DNA of 64,000 bases from positions 32,001 through 96,000 of the IMG/VR virus record IMGVR_UViG_3300029448_000003. The stretch is one strand, 5' to 3'. This document shows positions 26,246-36,657 of the stretch, in pieces (positions within the stretch are counted from its first letter, which is position 1; the number at the start of each line of letters is the position of its first letter). Source of the DNA: a virus. Made by a program: the position numbers and the translations under genes. The notes below the pieces were generated by a model. The model made no database searches. It worked only from the letters and a program-made list of their open reading frames with translations, and had not been told where the DNA came from.

Positions 26246-26497
26246 ATGTCTTGTGAGTGTGGAAATGAAAATTGTAAATGTGATGGTGACTTAGTTCCAG
26301 ATAAATTAGCATACCAAGTAAACAAAAGGAGAATGGCATGGGTTTTAATTATTCTTATGGGTATTACTACTATCCTAACTTTGGCTTACCCAAACAGACT
26401 AGCCGAAGCAGAAAGTATACTTATGACACAATATATTTCGATGTGTGGACTGGTTGGAGCATATTTCGGATTTAGTGCATTGAGTGGTAAAAAATAA
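26246..26497 (+). CDS. Two-TM membrane protein (holin/antiholin candidate)
   Basis: KRRMAW, GLVGAYFG. Confidence 0.6.
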   Translation: MSCECGNENCKCDGDLVPDKLAYQVNKRRMAWVLIILMGITTILTLAYPNRLAEAESILMTQYISMCGLVGAYFGFSALSGKK

Positions 26498-26503
26498 TGG
26501 CTT

Positions 26504-26746
26504 ATGGAAGGTATCTTACAATATTGGGAACAGTTAATTTTTTTCTTGACAGCACTTGTAGTAGCTGTTAAACTACACACAGATGTTACAACACTCAAGA
26601 AAGATGTAGAAAAACTAGAAGCCGATTGCCAAAAGGCAAACGATAAGATACAGGATAACTTTGTAAGTTCGGTAAGAACTGAAAGTGCCGTAAAAGAAAC
26701 AGAGAAAAAAATTGAATCTCTATTTCAGTTACATAACAAAGATTAA
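26504..26746 (+). CDS. TM plus coiled-coil protein
   Basis: N-terminal TM then heptad pattern. Confidence 0.65.
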   Translation: MEGILQYWEQLIFFLTALVVAVKLHTDVTTLKKDVEKLEADCQKANDKIQDNFVSSVRTESAVKETEKKIESLFQLHNKD

Positions 26747-26751
26747 AGTTT

Positions 26752-26919
26752 ATGAAAAATGGTTGGGATAACCACGAAGATACTTTTGAAGAAACATTAC
26801 GTAGAGAAATGTTAAAATGGAAAAAGTTATATTTTCTTCTACAAGATGATATGAAAGAATTAACAAAAGCATATTACAAAGTTCTCAAAGAGAATGAACA
26901 ATTAAAAAGGAAACACTAA
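26752..26919 (+). CDS. Small coiled-coil protein, 55 aa (not in ORF track)
   Basis: MKNGWDNHEDTFEETLRREMLKW...; fills the gap. Confidence 0.6.
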   Translation: MKNGWDNHEDTFEETLRREMLKWKKLYFLLQDDMKELTKAYYKVLKENEQLKRKH

Positions 26920-26920
26920 T

Positions 26921-27364
26921 ATGGGCATAGCAAGTAAACTAGCAAGAGCAATAGCAAAAAAAATACCTAAGAAAAAAGTAGATTCAAAAGGTAATACTAA
27001 AAGCATATTTAGAGGGCAGAGTACTAATCAAGCAAAGACACAAAAACCTACAGAAAAACAAAGAAGATACAGAGTTGGACAAGCAAAGGGATTTCTTGCT
27101 GGTGCAGGTACTGTGTTAACTGTTGGTTCAGCCGTGGCTCTGTATAAAAAAGATGCAACTTTTAGATCACGTTTAGATGCAGCACAGAAAGCAGGGAAAG
27201 CTACAGTTAATTATAAAGGAAGTACCTATAAAGTACCAAAAAATAAAATACCTCTACCTGTTTCAAAACCCAAAACAACACCTAGTAAGCTTAAAAAGGG
27301 TAGCAGGATTAGTTATGCTGAAAGATTTAAAGAAATAGAAGATGAAAAAAAAGGAAAGAATTAA
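26921..27364 (+). CDS. Basic protein with MGIASKLARA leader
   Basis: F...L.AA.KAGK....YKG..Y module; leader shared with 33447. Confidence 0.7.
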   Translation: MGIASKLARAIAKKIPKKKVDSKGNTKSIFRGQSTNQAKTQKPTEKQRRYRVGQAKGFLAGAGTVLTVGSAVALYKKDATFRSRLDAAQKAGKATVNYKGSTYKVPKNKIPLPVSKPKTTPSKLKKGSRISYAERFKEIEDEKKGKN

Positions 27365-27819
27365 TGGAAACACTTACAGATAGATTAAGAGAAGAGTTAA
27401 AAACAGATGAAGGTTGTAAGTATGAAGTATATTTAGATCACTTAGGTTTACCCACATTTGGTATCGGACATTTAATTACTGACAAAGACCCAGAACACCA
27501 AATGGGAATGGGAACACCTGTCGATGAAATAAGAGTTAATGAAGCATTTGAACAAGATGTGCATGTAACATTAGATGAATGTAGAAAGCTATTTAATGAT
27601 TGGGATAATTTACCTGAAGAAGTAAAACTAATTACAGCTAACATGATGTTTAATATGGGTAGACCTAGATTATCAGGTTTTAAAAAAATGATACAGGCTA
27701 TTAGCGATGGTGATTGGTTAGAAGCAGCAATTCAAATGAAAGATTCTAGATGGTACAAGCAAGTAACAAACAGAGCCGACAGGCTAATAAGCAGAATGAA
27801 AGCTGTAAATTTACAGTAA
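27364..27819 (+). CDS. Endolysin, T4-lysozyme-like (GH24)
   Basis: DEG...Y.D.LG.PT.GIGHL, NMMFNMG, DSRWY.Q..NRA.RL. Confidence 0.9.
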   Translation: METLTDRLREELKTDEGCKYEVYLDHLGLPTFGIGHLITDKDPEHQMGMGTPVDEIRVNEAFEQDVHVTLDECRKLFNDWDNLPEEVKLITANMMFNMGRPRLSGFKKMIQAISDGDWLEAAIQMKDSRWYKQVTNRADRLISRMKAVNLQ

Positions 27820-27913
27820 GCGAAATTGAAAAACAAAAAAATAGAGAACGGCATAAGCATAATTTGCGTAAATTATTTAAGCCTATTAGTAGACAATTTA
27901 AAGGGAGTAGCAC

Positions 27914-28942
27914 ATGGCAGAAATGCCCTATAACAACAACCAAGAGCCAACAGGTGAACAACTAGGTATTCCGACACCACCTAGACCTCCTATGGGTACG
28001 GCTACACCAGATGCTGTAGCACCAACACCTGTAGCAACACCTATGCCAGATCAAATGCAAACAGTATCAACACCTAGAGAACAAACAGCCGTTGCAACAC
28101 GAGATTGGCAAGCAGAAATTAATGACTTAAAAAGCCGTATGGAAGAGCAAAAAGCACAGTATATAATGCAGATTGAAATGCTAAAAGCTCAATTACAAGC
28201 TCAACAGAAACCAGCACCTGTTCAAGATGTAGAAGCTGTTCAAGAAGTTGTAACACCAATGCCAACACAACCTGTACAGCCACCACGACAAGGACCTACT
28301 GCTGATCCTAGACCGGCTGTAACACCAATGCCAGCAAAGCCTATCATGCCAATGCTACCAACACTACCTGTACAGCCTAATCCTAGAACTACTGGACAGC
28401 TAGAACTTCTTAAAAAGAAACTTGCTGAACAAAGAAAAACATTTGGAACTATGACACCAGAGCAAAGACGTAATTTTTCTGCTAATCAGAGTATACAAAA
28501 AATAATGTCTAACACTATGCTAGACCCAGTAGAACAAAGAAAAAGAGTACGGCAGGTTAAACTAGATTTAGCACATGCAAGACAAATAGAGCAAATGAGA
28601 AAACAAAATGTGCCACCTACAGTTATTATGGATAGATCATTTAGATACAACCTACAAAAAGCTAGACGTAATGCCGTACCCAATGAGCAAATAAGATTAA
28701 TGATTATGCAACATCAACACAGAAAAAAAATGTTTAGGGCACAAAAAGCAGGTGTGTCACGTAAAGAACTAATGAATATGCAAGCTAGTTTTCAAGTAGA
28801 TGTGCTAAACTATAAAAACCGATTAGCGATGGCAACTAAAAAAATGGATGCACGTACACGTAACAGAGATAGGTATAGGTCAATGTATGAGAGATGGAAA
28901 CAGCAAAGAGCACAGGCAAATAGACCAAGGAATGTAAGATGA
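27914..28942 (+). CDS. Low-complexity Pro/Gln/Met/Arg-rich protein
   Basis: AGGGAG RBS; 342 aa, coupled to the next gene. Confidence 0.7.
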   Translation: MAEMPYNNNQEPTGEQLGIPTPPRPPMGTATPDAVAPTPVATPMPDQMQTVSTPREQTAVATRDWQAEINDLKSRMEEQKAQYIMQIEMLKAQLQAQQKPAPVQDVEAVQEVVTPMPTQPVQPPRQGPTADPRPAVTPMPAKPIMPMLPTLPVQPNPRTTGQLELLKKKLAEQRKTFGTMTPEQRRNFSANQSIQKIMSNTMLDPVEQRKRVRQVKLDLAHARQIEQMRKQNVPPTVIMDRSFRYNLQKARRNAVPNEQIRLMIMQHQHRKKMFRAQKAGVSRKELMNMQASFQVDVLNYKNRLAMATKKMDARTRNRDRYRSMYERWKQQRAQANRPRNVR

Positions 28943-29316
28943 GTAGACAACTAACAGAAAGACAACAAAAATTTATGGATGCCTTATTTAATGATGCTAA
29001 TGGTAATATTACAAATGCTAAAATAATTGCAGGGTATTCTACAAAAACAAATAATCAAGAAATTATTAAGACTTTAAAAGATGAAATAATGGAAGCAACA
29101 CAACTGTATATGGCAAGTAATGCTCCACGAGCTGCTGTAGCAATAGCTGATAGTTTAGATAACCCAACAGAGTTAGGTATTAAAGACAAGATGATTGCTG
29201 CAAAAGAACTGTTAGATAGAACAGGTTTAATAAAAACAGAAAAGGTACAAGTAGAAGCATCAGGTGGTGTAATGCTTATGCCGACTAAGAAACCAATAGA
29301 GGATAATGACGAGTAG
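28939..29316 (+). CDS. Putative terminase small subunit
   Basis: LTERQQKF...A.IIAGYS HTH, AAKELLDRTG; upstream of TerL. Confidence 0.7.
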   Translation: MSRQLTERQQKFMDALFNDANGNITNAKIIAGYSTKTNNQEIIKTLKDEIMEATQLYMASNAPRAAVAIADSLDNPTELGIKDKMIAAKELLDRTGLIKTEKVQVEASGGVMLMPTKKPIEDNDE

Positions 29317-29731
29317 AAGTATAGGTAAATGGGATTTACCACAACCACTAGACATGAAAGAACAAAATGAATGGATTGCGATACCAAGAATTGCAAGAAC
29401 TGTTCCTTTTGGTTATGAAATAGACCCTGAAAATGAATACATTCTTAGACCCATACCTCGTGAGTTAGATGCTTTAGAAAAAGCAAAAGAACACTTAAAA
29501 CAGTATTCATATAGACAGGTCGCAAATTGGTTAAGTACTTTTACTGAAAGGTACATTTCCCACATAGGATTAATGAAAAGAGTAAGACGTGAGCAAAAAC
29601 GTAAGAACAAAGCTAGAACTCTCCGTGTCTGGTCAGAATATGCAGAAAAGGCAATACAAACAGCGAAAGAAGAAGCAAAAAGACTTGAAAACCAAAGAAC
29701 AGGTAGTCAGCAAAGTATTAGCTACGGATAG
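29306..29731 (+). CDS. HTH DNA-binding protein (recombinase-DBD-like)
   Basis: VPFGY, SYRQVANWL, ISH.GL.KR. Confidence 0.65.
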   Translation: MTSRSIGKWDLPQPLDMKEQNEWIAIPRIARTVPFGYEIDPENEYILRPIPRELDALEKAKEHLKQYSYRQVANWLSTFTERYISHIGLMKRVRREQKRKNKARTLRVWSEYAEKAIQTAKEEAKRLENQRTGSQQSISYG

Positions 29732-31160
29732 TAGTATAGATTATATAGAACCTGTACAAGAAGCAGAGCAAAATGTAGTATTTAAACCTAATGATGGACC
29801 TCAAACAGAGTTTCTTGCTGCAAGCGAAAGAGAAGTTTTATATGGTGGTTCAGCAGGTGGTGGCAAGTCGTTTGCTATGTTAGCTGACCCTCTTAGGTAT
29901 ATGGGTCATTCTTCATTTAGTGGCTTACTATTACGACACACAACAGAAGAGTTAAGAGAACTTATATTTAAGTCACAAGAATTATATCCTAAAGTTTGGA
30001 AGGGTATAAAGTGGTATGAAAGAAAAATGCAATGGGTTGCACCGTCAGGTGCAAGATTGTGGATGTCATACCTTGATAGAGATGAAGATGTGATGCGATA
30101 CCAAGGTTTAGCTTTTAGTTGGATAGGTTTTGACGAATTAACACAATGGGCAACCCCTTTTGCATGGAACTATATGCGTTCACGTTTACGTTCTGTAGCA
30201 TCGGATTTACCTATCTTTATGAGGGCTACAACAAACCCCGGTGGTATAGGACATCAATGGGTTAAGAAAATGTTTATTGACCCTGCACCTTATGGAAAAG
30301 AGTTTGATGCAACAGATATTGAAACAGGAGAAGTCCTTAAATACCCAGCAGGACATAGAAAGGCTGGAAAATCTTTATTCAAACGGAGATTTATTCCTGC
30401 AAGACTATCTGACAATCCATACCTCTCAGAAAGTGGTGACTATGAAGCAATGCTCTTATCCCTTCCTGAACAACAGCGTAAACAGCTTTTGGATGGCGAT
30501 TGGGATATTAAAGAAGGTGCTGCTTTTACCGAGTTTAACAGGGATATACACGTTGTTGAACCTTTTGCTATACCTAATAGTTGGATTAAGTTCCGTGCTT
30601 GTGATTACGGCTACGGAAGTTATTCAGGGGTTCTTTGGTTTGCTGTATCGCCTTCTGAACAGTTGGTGGTATATCGTGAACTTTACGTATCAAAAGTTCT
30701 TGCAACGGACTTAGCAGATAGGATACTAGAGTTAGAAGCTGAAGATGGTAATCTTAAATATGGCATACTAGATTCTAGTTTATGGCACAAAAGAGGTGAC
30801 ACAGGACCTTCTCTAGCAGAACAAATGACTATGAGAGGTTGTCGATTTAGACCATCAGATAGAAGTAAAGGTTCTCGTGTATCAGGTAAAAATGAAGTAC
30901 ACAGACGATTACAAATAGACGATTTTACAAAGGAATCAAGGTTAGTGTTTTTTAACACCTGTACAGAAATAATTGCACAGTTACCTTCTATTCCGTTAGA
31001 TAAAAAAAATCCAGAGGATGTAGATACAAAAGCAGAAGATCACTTGTATGATGCTTTAAGATATGGTATAATGTCAAGACCAAGGTTTAATATATTTGAT
31101 TATGACCCACATATACCAAAAGCAACATTTAAACCTGCAGATTCTACGTTTGGATATTAA
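29589..31160 (+). CDS. terL: Terminase large subunit (start uncertain)
   Basis: YGGSAGGGKS, GFDE, TTNPGG, DYG, EDHLYDALRY. Confidence 0.95.
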   Translation: MSKNVRTKLELSVSGQNMQKRQYKQRKKKQKDLKTKEQVVSKVLATDSSIDYIEPVQEAEQNVVFKPNDGPQTEFLAASEREVLYGGSAGGGKSFAMLADPLRYMGHSSFSGLLLRHTTEELRELIFKSQELYPKVWKGIKWYERKMQWVAPSGARLWMSYLDRDEDVMRYQGLAFSWIGFDELTQWATPFAWNYMRSRLRSVASDLPIFMRATTNPGGIGHQWVKKMFIDPAPYGKEFDATDIETGEVLKYPAGHRKAGKSLFKRRFIPARLSDNPYLSESGDYEAMLLSLPEQQRKQLLDGDWDIKEGAAFTEFNRDIHVVEPFAIPNSWIKFRACDYGYGSYSGVLWFAVSPSEQLVVYRELYVSKVLATDLADRILELEAEDGNLKYGILDSSLWHKRGDTGPSLAEQMTMRGCRFRPSDRSKGSRVSGKNEVHRRLQIDDFTKESRLVFFNTCTEIIAQLPSIPLDKKNPEDVDTKAEDHLYDALRYGIMSRPRFNIFDYDPHIPKATFKPADSTFGY

Positions 31161-31169
31161 AGGAAAGTT

Positions 31170-33302
31170 ATGGCAGAAGAAGAAAATACAGAAAATGTAG
31201 TTGAAGACCAGTCTATGCATTTAGAAGATGTTAGCTCTATTGATAAAGAAGAACCTTCTTCAGCTAGTATTGCTATTTTTGTAAAAGATAAGTATAAGAA
31301 AGCAGAAGATGCTAGACGAACAGATGAGCAAAGATGGTTACGTTCATATAGAAATTATAGAGGTTTGTATGGTCCAGATGTTCAGTTTTCAGAAGCAGAA
31401 AAATCTAGAGTATTTATCAAGATAACTAAAACTAAAACTTTGGCTGCGTATAGTCAAATTGTTGACGTTTTATTTGCAGGTAATAAATTTCCTATTAGCG
31501 TTGAGCCAACAGAATTACCTGATGGTGTATCTGAAGATGTACATATAGATATAGAAAAACCAAACAAAGAAGATGAGCAACAACAACCTGAATTAGAGTT
31601 TTCAGGAGATGGTACACCTTTACCTAAAGGGTATCGTTCAGGAGTACAACTAGGTCCTATCGAAGAAAAAATAGCTAAGATGGAAAACGTTACTGTGCAA
31701 GAAGGTCCGGGAACTAAGCCAAAGACAGTAACCTATAGCCCTGCTATGATTGCAGCTAAAAAGATGGAAAAGAAGATCATGGATCAACTTGAAGAATCTA
31801 GTGCTTCTAAACATCTACGTAGCACAGCTTTTGAGATGGCATTGTTTGGCACAGGTGTAATGAAAGGTCCTTTTGCTCTAGATAAAGAATACCCTAATTG
31901 GGAAGAAAATGGTGAATACAATCCTGTATTTAAAACAATACCACAGGTATCTAACGTATCTGTTTGGAATTTTTATCCTGATCCAGATTCAAATAACATG
32001 GATGACGCACAATATGTAATAGAAAGACATAAACTTTCACGTAGTCAATTACGTGCTCTTAAAAAAAGACCTTACTTTAGAGAAAACATGATAGATGCTT
32101 GTATTGATATGGGCGAAGAGTATAACAAAAAATATTGGGAAGATGATTTATCTGACTATACTGAAGAAACGGAAATTGACAGATTTGAAGTTATAGAGTA
32201 TTGGGGTGTTGTTGATACACAACTACTTATTGATAACGAAGTTGATATACCAAAAGAGTTAAAAGATTCAGACGAGTTACATGCTAATATATGGATGTGC
32301 CAAAACAATCTTATTCGTGTAGTTTTAAATCCGTTTAAACCTGCTAAAATACCTTATATGGCATCTCCATATGAGTTAAACCCTTATTCATTCTTTGGTG
32401 TAGGCATAGCTGAAAACATGGATGATACACAAACCTTAATGAATGGTTTTATGCGTATGGCAGTTGATAATGCCGTACTATCAGGTAACTTACTTATAGA
32501 AGTAGATGAAACAAACCTAGTTCCGGGACAAGACTTATCTGTATATCCGGGAAAAGTGTTTAGAAGACAAGGTGGTGCTCCGGGACAAGCAATCTTTGGT
32601 ACAAAGTTTCCAAATGTATCTAACGAAAATATGCAGTTATTTGATAAAGCTAGACAGCTATCAGATGAGAGTACAGGGTTTCCTAGCTTTGCACACGGTC
32701 AAACAGGTGTGTCAGGTGTAGGAAGAACAGCAAGTGGTATATCTATGCTAATGAACGCAGCAAGTGGTTCAATTAAAGCTGTTATTAAAAATGTTGACGA
32801 TTATTTACTTAGACCATTAGGTGAAAATCTATTTCGTTTTAATATGCAGTTTGATTTTAATCCAGACTTTAGAGGTGATTTAGAAATTAAAGCTAGAGGA
32901 ACAGAAAGTCTTATGGCTAACGAAGTTAGAAGTCAAAGATTAATGCAATTCCTACAAACAGCTAGTTCACCTGCACTTGCTCCATTTGCTAAGTTTCAAT
33001 TTATTATTAGAGAAATAGCAAAGACTATGGATTTAGACCCTGATAAAGTAACTAATAACATGGAAGAAGCTGAATTACAGGCTAGTATGATGCAAAAGAT
33101 GCAAATGCAACAACAGCCACCTGCAGGAGCAGACCCCAATGATCCAACAGGAGCAGGTGGTGGTACAATAGGAACAGGCATAGCTCCTACCCCAAACGAA
33201 CAAGGATTTACAGGAAATGAACAAGGACAAGGACAAACAGCAGGTGCTGTCACCCCTCAAGAAGTTGGTGGACAACAAACGGCTACTAGACAGTTTCAAT
33301 AA
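31170..33302 (+). CDS. Portal protein (P22-like)
   Basis: 710 aa after TerL; LFGTG..K, FG.G.AE, RTASGISMLM. Confidence 0.88.
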   Translation: MAEEENTENVVEDQSMHLEDVSSIDKEEPSSASIAIFVKDKYKKAEDARRTDEQRWLRSYRNYRGLYGPDVQFSEAEKSRVFIKITKTKTLAAYSQIVDVLFAGNKFPISVEPTELPDGVSEDVHIDIEKPNKEDEQQQPELEFSGDGTPLPKGYRSGVQLGPIEEKIAKMENVTVQEGPGTKPKTVTYSPAMIAAKKMEKKIMDQLEESSASKHLRSTAFEMALFGTGVMKGPFALDKEYPNWEENGEYNPVFKTIPQVSNVSVWNFYPDPDSNNMDDAQYVIERHKLSRSQLRALKKRPYFRENMIDACIDMGEEYNKKYWEDDLSDYTEETEIDRFEVIEYWGVVDTQLLIDNEVDIPKELKDSDELHANIWMCQNNLIRVVLNPFKPAKIPYMASPYELNPYSFFGVGIAENMDDTQTLMNGFMRMAVDNAVLSGNLLIEVDETNLVPGQDLSVYPGKVFRRQGGAPGQAIFGTKFPNVSNENMQLFDKARQLSDESTGFPSFAHGQTGVSGVGRTASGISMLMNAASGSIKAVIKNVDDYLLRPLGENLFRFNMQFDFNPDFRGDLEIKARGTESLMANEVRSQRLMQFLQTASSPALAPFAKFQFIIREIAKTMDLDPDKVTNNMEEAELQASMMQKMQMQQQPPAGADPNDPTGAGGGTIGTGIAPTPNEQGFTGNEQGQGQTAGAVTPQEVGGQQTATRQFQ

Positions 33303-33450
33303 TTACGTAGACTATTTAATAGCAAACCAACACAAAGCTATGGAACAAGCTGATACTAATGTTCTATTGTATAGGACACAGGGAGCGATTTCTGTCTTGC
33401 GTAAATTAAAATATTTAAGAGAAGAAGTAATAGGAGCAGATAAACAATGA
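33217..33450 (+). CDS. Small conserved protein downstream of portal
   Basis: LYRTQGAI..LR.LK.LREEV motif typical of this position. Confidence 0.75.
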   Translation: MNKDKDKQQVLSPLKKLVDNKRLLDSFNNYVDYLIANQHKAMEQADTNVLLYRTQGAISVLRKLKYLREEVIGADKQ

Positions 33451-36400
33451 GTGTAGCATCTAAACTTGCTAGAGCAGTAACTAAAAAACTAACAAAAAAC
33501 ATTACAAAAGATACTCCTGTAGAAAAAGAATCTATACCTGTAAGACCTGTTAATCAATCTAATTTAGAAAAAGTAGGTTTACCTTATAGACACGGTGGCG
33601 AATATATTAATCCTATAACTAAAGAAATATTAACAGATAAAAATGTAGGTGGTGCAAATATTAAAATAAGACCAGAAATGGAAGTTAAAGGCGATAGACC
33701 TCAAGCATCTATGGCTGTAACGGATTTAGATGTGTCTGATATAGGTTCACAAGGCACAGATATAAAAGTTAATTTAGTAAAACCATCAAAAACAGGTAAA
33801 AAAGCTGGATGGGATTGGTTAAATAGAGTAGATGAAAATTTAGATGTTAATACTTTAGTATCTGTTACTAATAGGGGAAAACACTTTTATACTTTAGAAA
33901 CAGATTTTTCTAAAGGTGCTAGATTAAAAACCTATCCTGCTAATAGAGATGAGCCTAGACTACGACCAACAGTTACTGGTAATTTAGAGCTAGGAGAAAT
34001 TATTGGTACTATTAAGCTAAGAGGAAAAGAACATCCTGTATATAATAAAATAGTAACTTACAATAAAGGTGGAGCAGTAATGAAAAAACAAGAAGGGGGT
34101 TTAGCAGACGATGGTGGAACAATAGAAGAAGAATCAGGTAATGAAGTTCCTGTTGGTTCACTTAAAAGCGAAGTAAGAGATGATATTGATGCAAAGCTAT
34201 CAGAAGGAGAGTTTGTATTTCCTGCAGATGTAGTACGTTTTATAGGTTTAAATAAACTAATGTCTTTGCGACAAAAGGCTAAACAAGGGCTTCAACAAAT
34301 GGAGGACATGGGTCAAATGGGAAATGCAGAAGAAGCAACTATGGAAGATAGTGGAGAATGGAATGAAGATGCAATGATAGAACCTGAAGTTAAAATGGCT
34401 CCGGGTGGCTTAGTATCTACTACTAGTAATCAAAGTTCTAGATTTGCAGGACTAGCACCTACACTTGCACCTGTAGAACAACAACCTATGCAAGAAGAAG
34501 ATGAAGAAATATTAGATGTTGAAGAAGATGACATAGACGCAATAGGTGATGACTCTGATGATGAAATATTATCATATGAAGACTTAATGCCAAAAGTAGA
34601 AAACTTATATGGCATTAAACAGTATTATGATCCAAATTCAAAAAGAATATATCGTATTACTTTTATAAATGGTAAACCTACATCGCCTATACCAGATCAT
34701 TGGTTGGCAACAGATTCAGATGAATTTAAAGCTCTTATGAAAGAAGAACAGAAAAAAATAGATAAAACAACTGTTGAAGAAATGAATGGTATCGCACCTG
34801 AAACTGACAACAAAGATACAACAGAAAAAGAAAATGAAGAGAGAAGAGAACACACAAAACAGGTTCTAGGATTAACAGAAACAGCGACAGAAACAGATAC
34901 TATATCATCTTTATTTGGTACAGGTTCAGATGCGTCAAATGATCCTCTTATAAAAAGATTTTCTCGTGGTGTTTTAATGAGTGCTTTAGGAATACCTATT
35001 TGGGCGGCCATTGCCGCAGAAAAATTAGGAGTAACTAAAAAACTAGCAGGTGCTATTGATTCTTTTTTAGAAGGTGATACATCTGAAGAAGTGACAAAAA
35101 CATTAGAAGAAGGAAAGAAAGCCTTAGTGCTATCTGGTGGTTCTTTTGATGATACAGCAACAGGAAAATTTACAGGTGGTACTCAACCTGCTCCTTCTGT
35201 AGAAGAATACTTTGATGGAAAGAAATATGTATATGATGCTTTAGAGGGTAAAGATAAACTTACAGTATTGTTTGGGTCTACGGATACTCGTGGTGGTTTT
35301 GGTAATGTTGGGCAAGAATATTATCTTGAGGGTGAAGATAGAGGTAATAAGCCTATCCTTACAGTAACAGGTCAGATAGGCTATAATGCTGGGGATATGG
35401 ACCCCACTACAGGTGGCATATTTAATAACGCAGGACAGGCTGTAGACATAAGAACAAACAAACTATTAAACGCTTACAATACCTATGATAATTTTGTCTT
35501 GGGTAAAAAACTTTCTATAGAAACAGGATGGTTTGGTGGAGAGATTAGTTATGATACTTGGTCGCAACTTTCACCTGAAGGAAAAGTTAAATACGAGAAA
35601 TACTATCTAGCTTTACAGAGAGAAGGTATTGAAGTAGCTAAATATGGTAGAAACGAAACTCCGTTTCAACACCAAATGAATAAAGTACTTGAAACAGGAA
35701 ATTCTGACGATTTAAAAACATTAGCACAAGCATCTATTGTCACAGATAGTGAAGGTAATGCTGTAAGGTCTTCCGAAAATGGTACTCCTGTAACTTCTAT
35801 GGAAGGTTCTTTCTTAACTAATAACCAAAAAAATCAACTAGCCGATGTCTTAGTTAAGGATTATTTAACAAATTTTGCAACTAATCATAATTATGTATAT
35901 GATATTGATCCAACACAATTTACAGATTCTATAAAGAATAACACTATTAAAAATAAAAATGATTTAGTTAGTGCGATTGCAGAAGCTGAAAATGACAAAA
36001 AGCTTGAAGCTGAATTATTAGCACAGCAAAAAGCTCAAGAAGCACAGCGAAAAGCTCAAGAGAAAGCTGACGCAGCATTTGCAGAGGAAGAAGCTCGTAG
36101 AATTAAAATAGAAGAAGAAGAAGCAAAAGCAGCTGAATTATTAGCACAGCAACAAGAGGAAGCTAGAGTCTATGAAGCACAATTACTTGCTCAAAAAGCT
36201 AAAGCTGATGCCGAAGCAAAAGCAAAAGCTGATGAATTATTTGCACAGCAACAAGCTGATGAAGCTGCTGAGTTACTTGCACAACAGAAAGCCCAAAAAG
36301 CAAAAGAAGAAGCTGACAGACTAGCACGTATAGCAGAAGAAAATAGACTCATTGCTCTTCAACAAGCACAAGATGACAAGGATAATAACGCTAGTAGTGG

Positions 36401-36647
36401 AACTCCATTTACTTCTAATCTAGGTGCTACTGTGACGCAACAAGATATTAGGGATGCTGATACGGCTAGACAACAAGTGATGGATGATAGAGAGGATGAG
36501 AAAGCAGAAAATAGAGGTGGAACATCTGCAGGAGATGCAGGATTTACTGACTCAAGTGGATATAGTGATGCTTTTAACACAGGTGGTTTAACAACTAAGC
36601 CTAAAAAGAAAAGTATGAAGCGTGGTGGGTTAGCTTCTAAGAAATAA
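33447..36647 (+). CDS. Large multidomain virion-associated protein with DDIDAKLSEGEFVFPADVV domain and AELLAQQ coiled-coil repeats
   Basis: Between portal and scaffold; several xxGG motifs. Confidence 0.7.
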   Translation: MSVASKLARAVTKKLTKNITKDTPVEKESIPVRPVNQSNLEKVGLPYRHGGEYINPITKEILTDKNVGGANIKIRPEMEVKGDRPQASMAVTDLDVSDIGSQGTDIKVNLVKPSKTGKKAGWDWLNRVDENLDVNTLVSVTNRGKHFYTLETDFSKGARLKTYPANRDEPRLRPTVTGNLELGEIIGTIKLRGKEHPVYNKIVTYNKGGAVMKKQEGGLADDGGTIEEESGNEVPVGSLKSEVRDDIDAKLSEGEFVFPADVVRFIGLNKLMSLRQKAKQGLQQMEDMGQMGNAEEATMEDSGEWNEDAMIEPEVKMAPGGLVSTTSNQSSRFAGLAPTLAPVEQQPMQEEDEEILDVEEDDIDAIGDDSDDEILSYEDLMPKVENLYGIKQYYDPNSKRIYRITFINGKPTSPIPDHWLATDSDEFKALMKEEQKKIDKTTVEEMNGIAPETDNKDTTEKENEERREHTKQVLGLTETATETDTISSLFGTGSDASNDPLIKRFSRGVLMSALGIPIWAAIAAEKLGVTKKLAGAIDSFLEGDTSEEVTKTLEEGKKALVLSGGSFDDTATGKFTGGTQPAPSVEEYFDGKKYVYDALEGKDKLTVLFGSTDTRGGFGNVGQEYYLEGEDRGNKPILTVTGQIGYNAGDMDPTTGGIFNNAGQAVDIRTNKLLNAYNTYDNFVLGKKLSIETGWFGGEISYDTWSQLSPEGKVKYEKYYLALQREGIEVAKYGRNETPFQHQMNKVLETGNSDDLKTLAQASIVTDSEGNAVRSSENGTPVTSMEGSFLTNNQKNQLADVLVKDYLTNFATNHNYVYDIDPTQFTDSIKNNTIKNKNDLVSAIAEAENDKKLEAELLAQQKAQEAQRKAQEKADAAFAEEEARRIKIEEEEAKAAELLAQQQEEARVYEAQLLAQKAKADAEAKAKADELFAQQQADEAAELLAQQKAQKAKEEADRLARIAEENRLIALQQAQDDKDNNASSGTPFTSNLGATVTQQDIRDADTARQQVMDDREDEKAENRGGTSAGDAGFTDSSGYSDAFNTGGLTTKPKKKSMKRGGLASKK

Positions 36648-36657
36648 ATAACCCACA

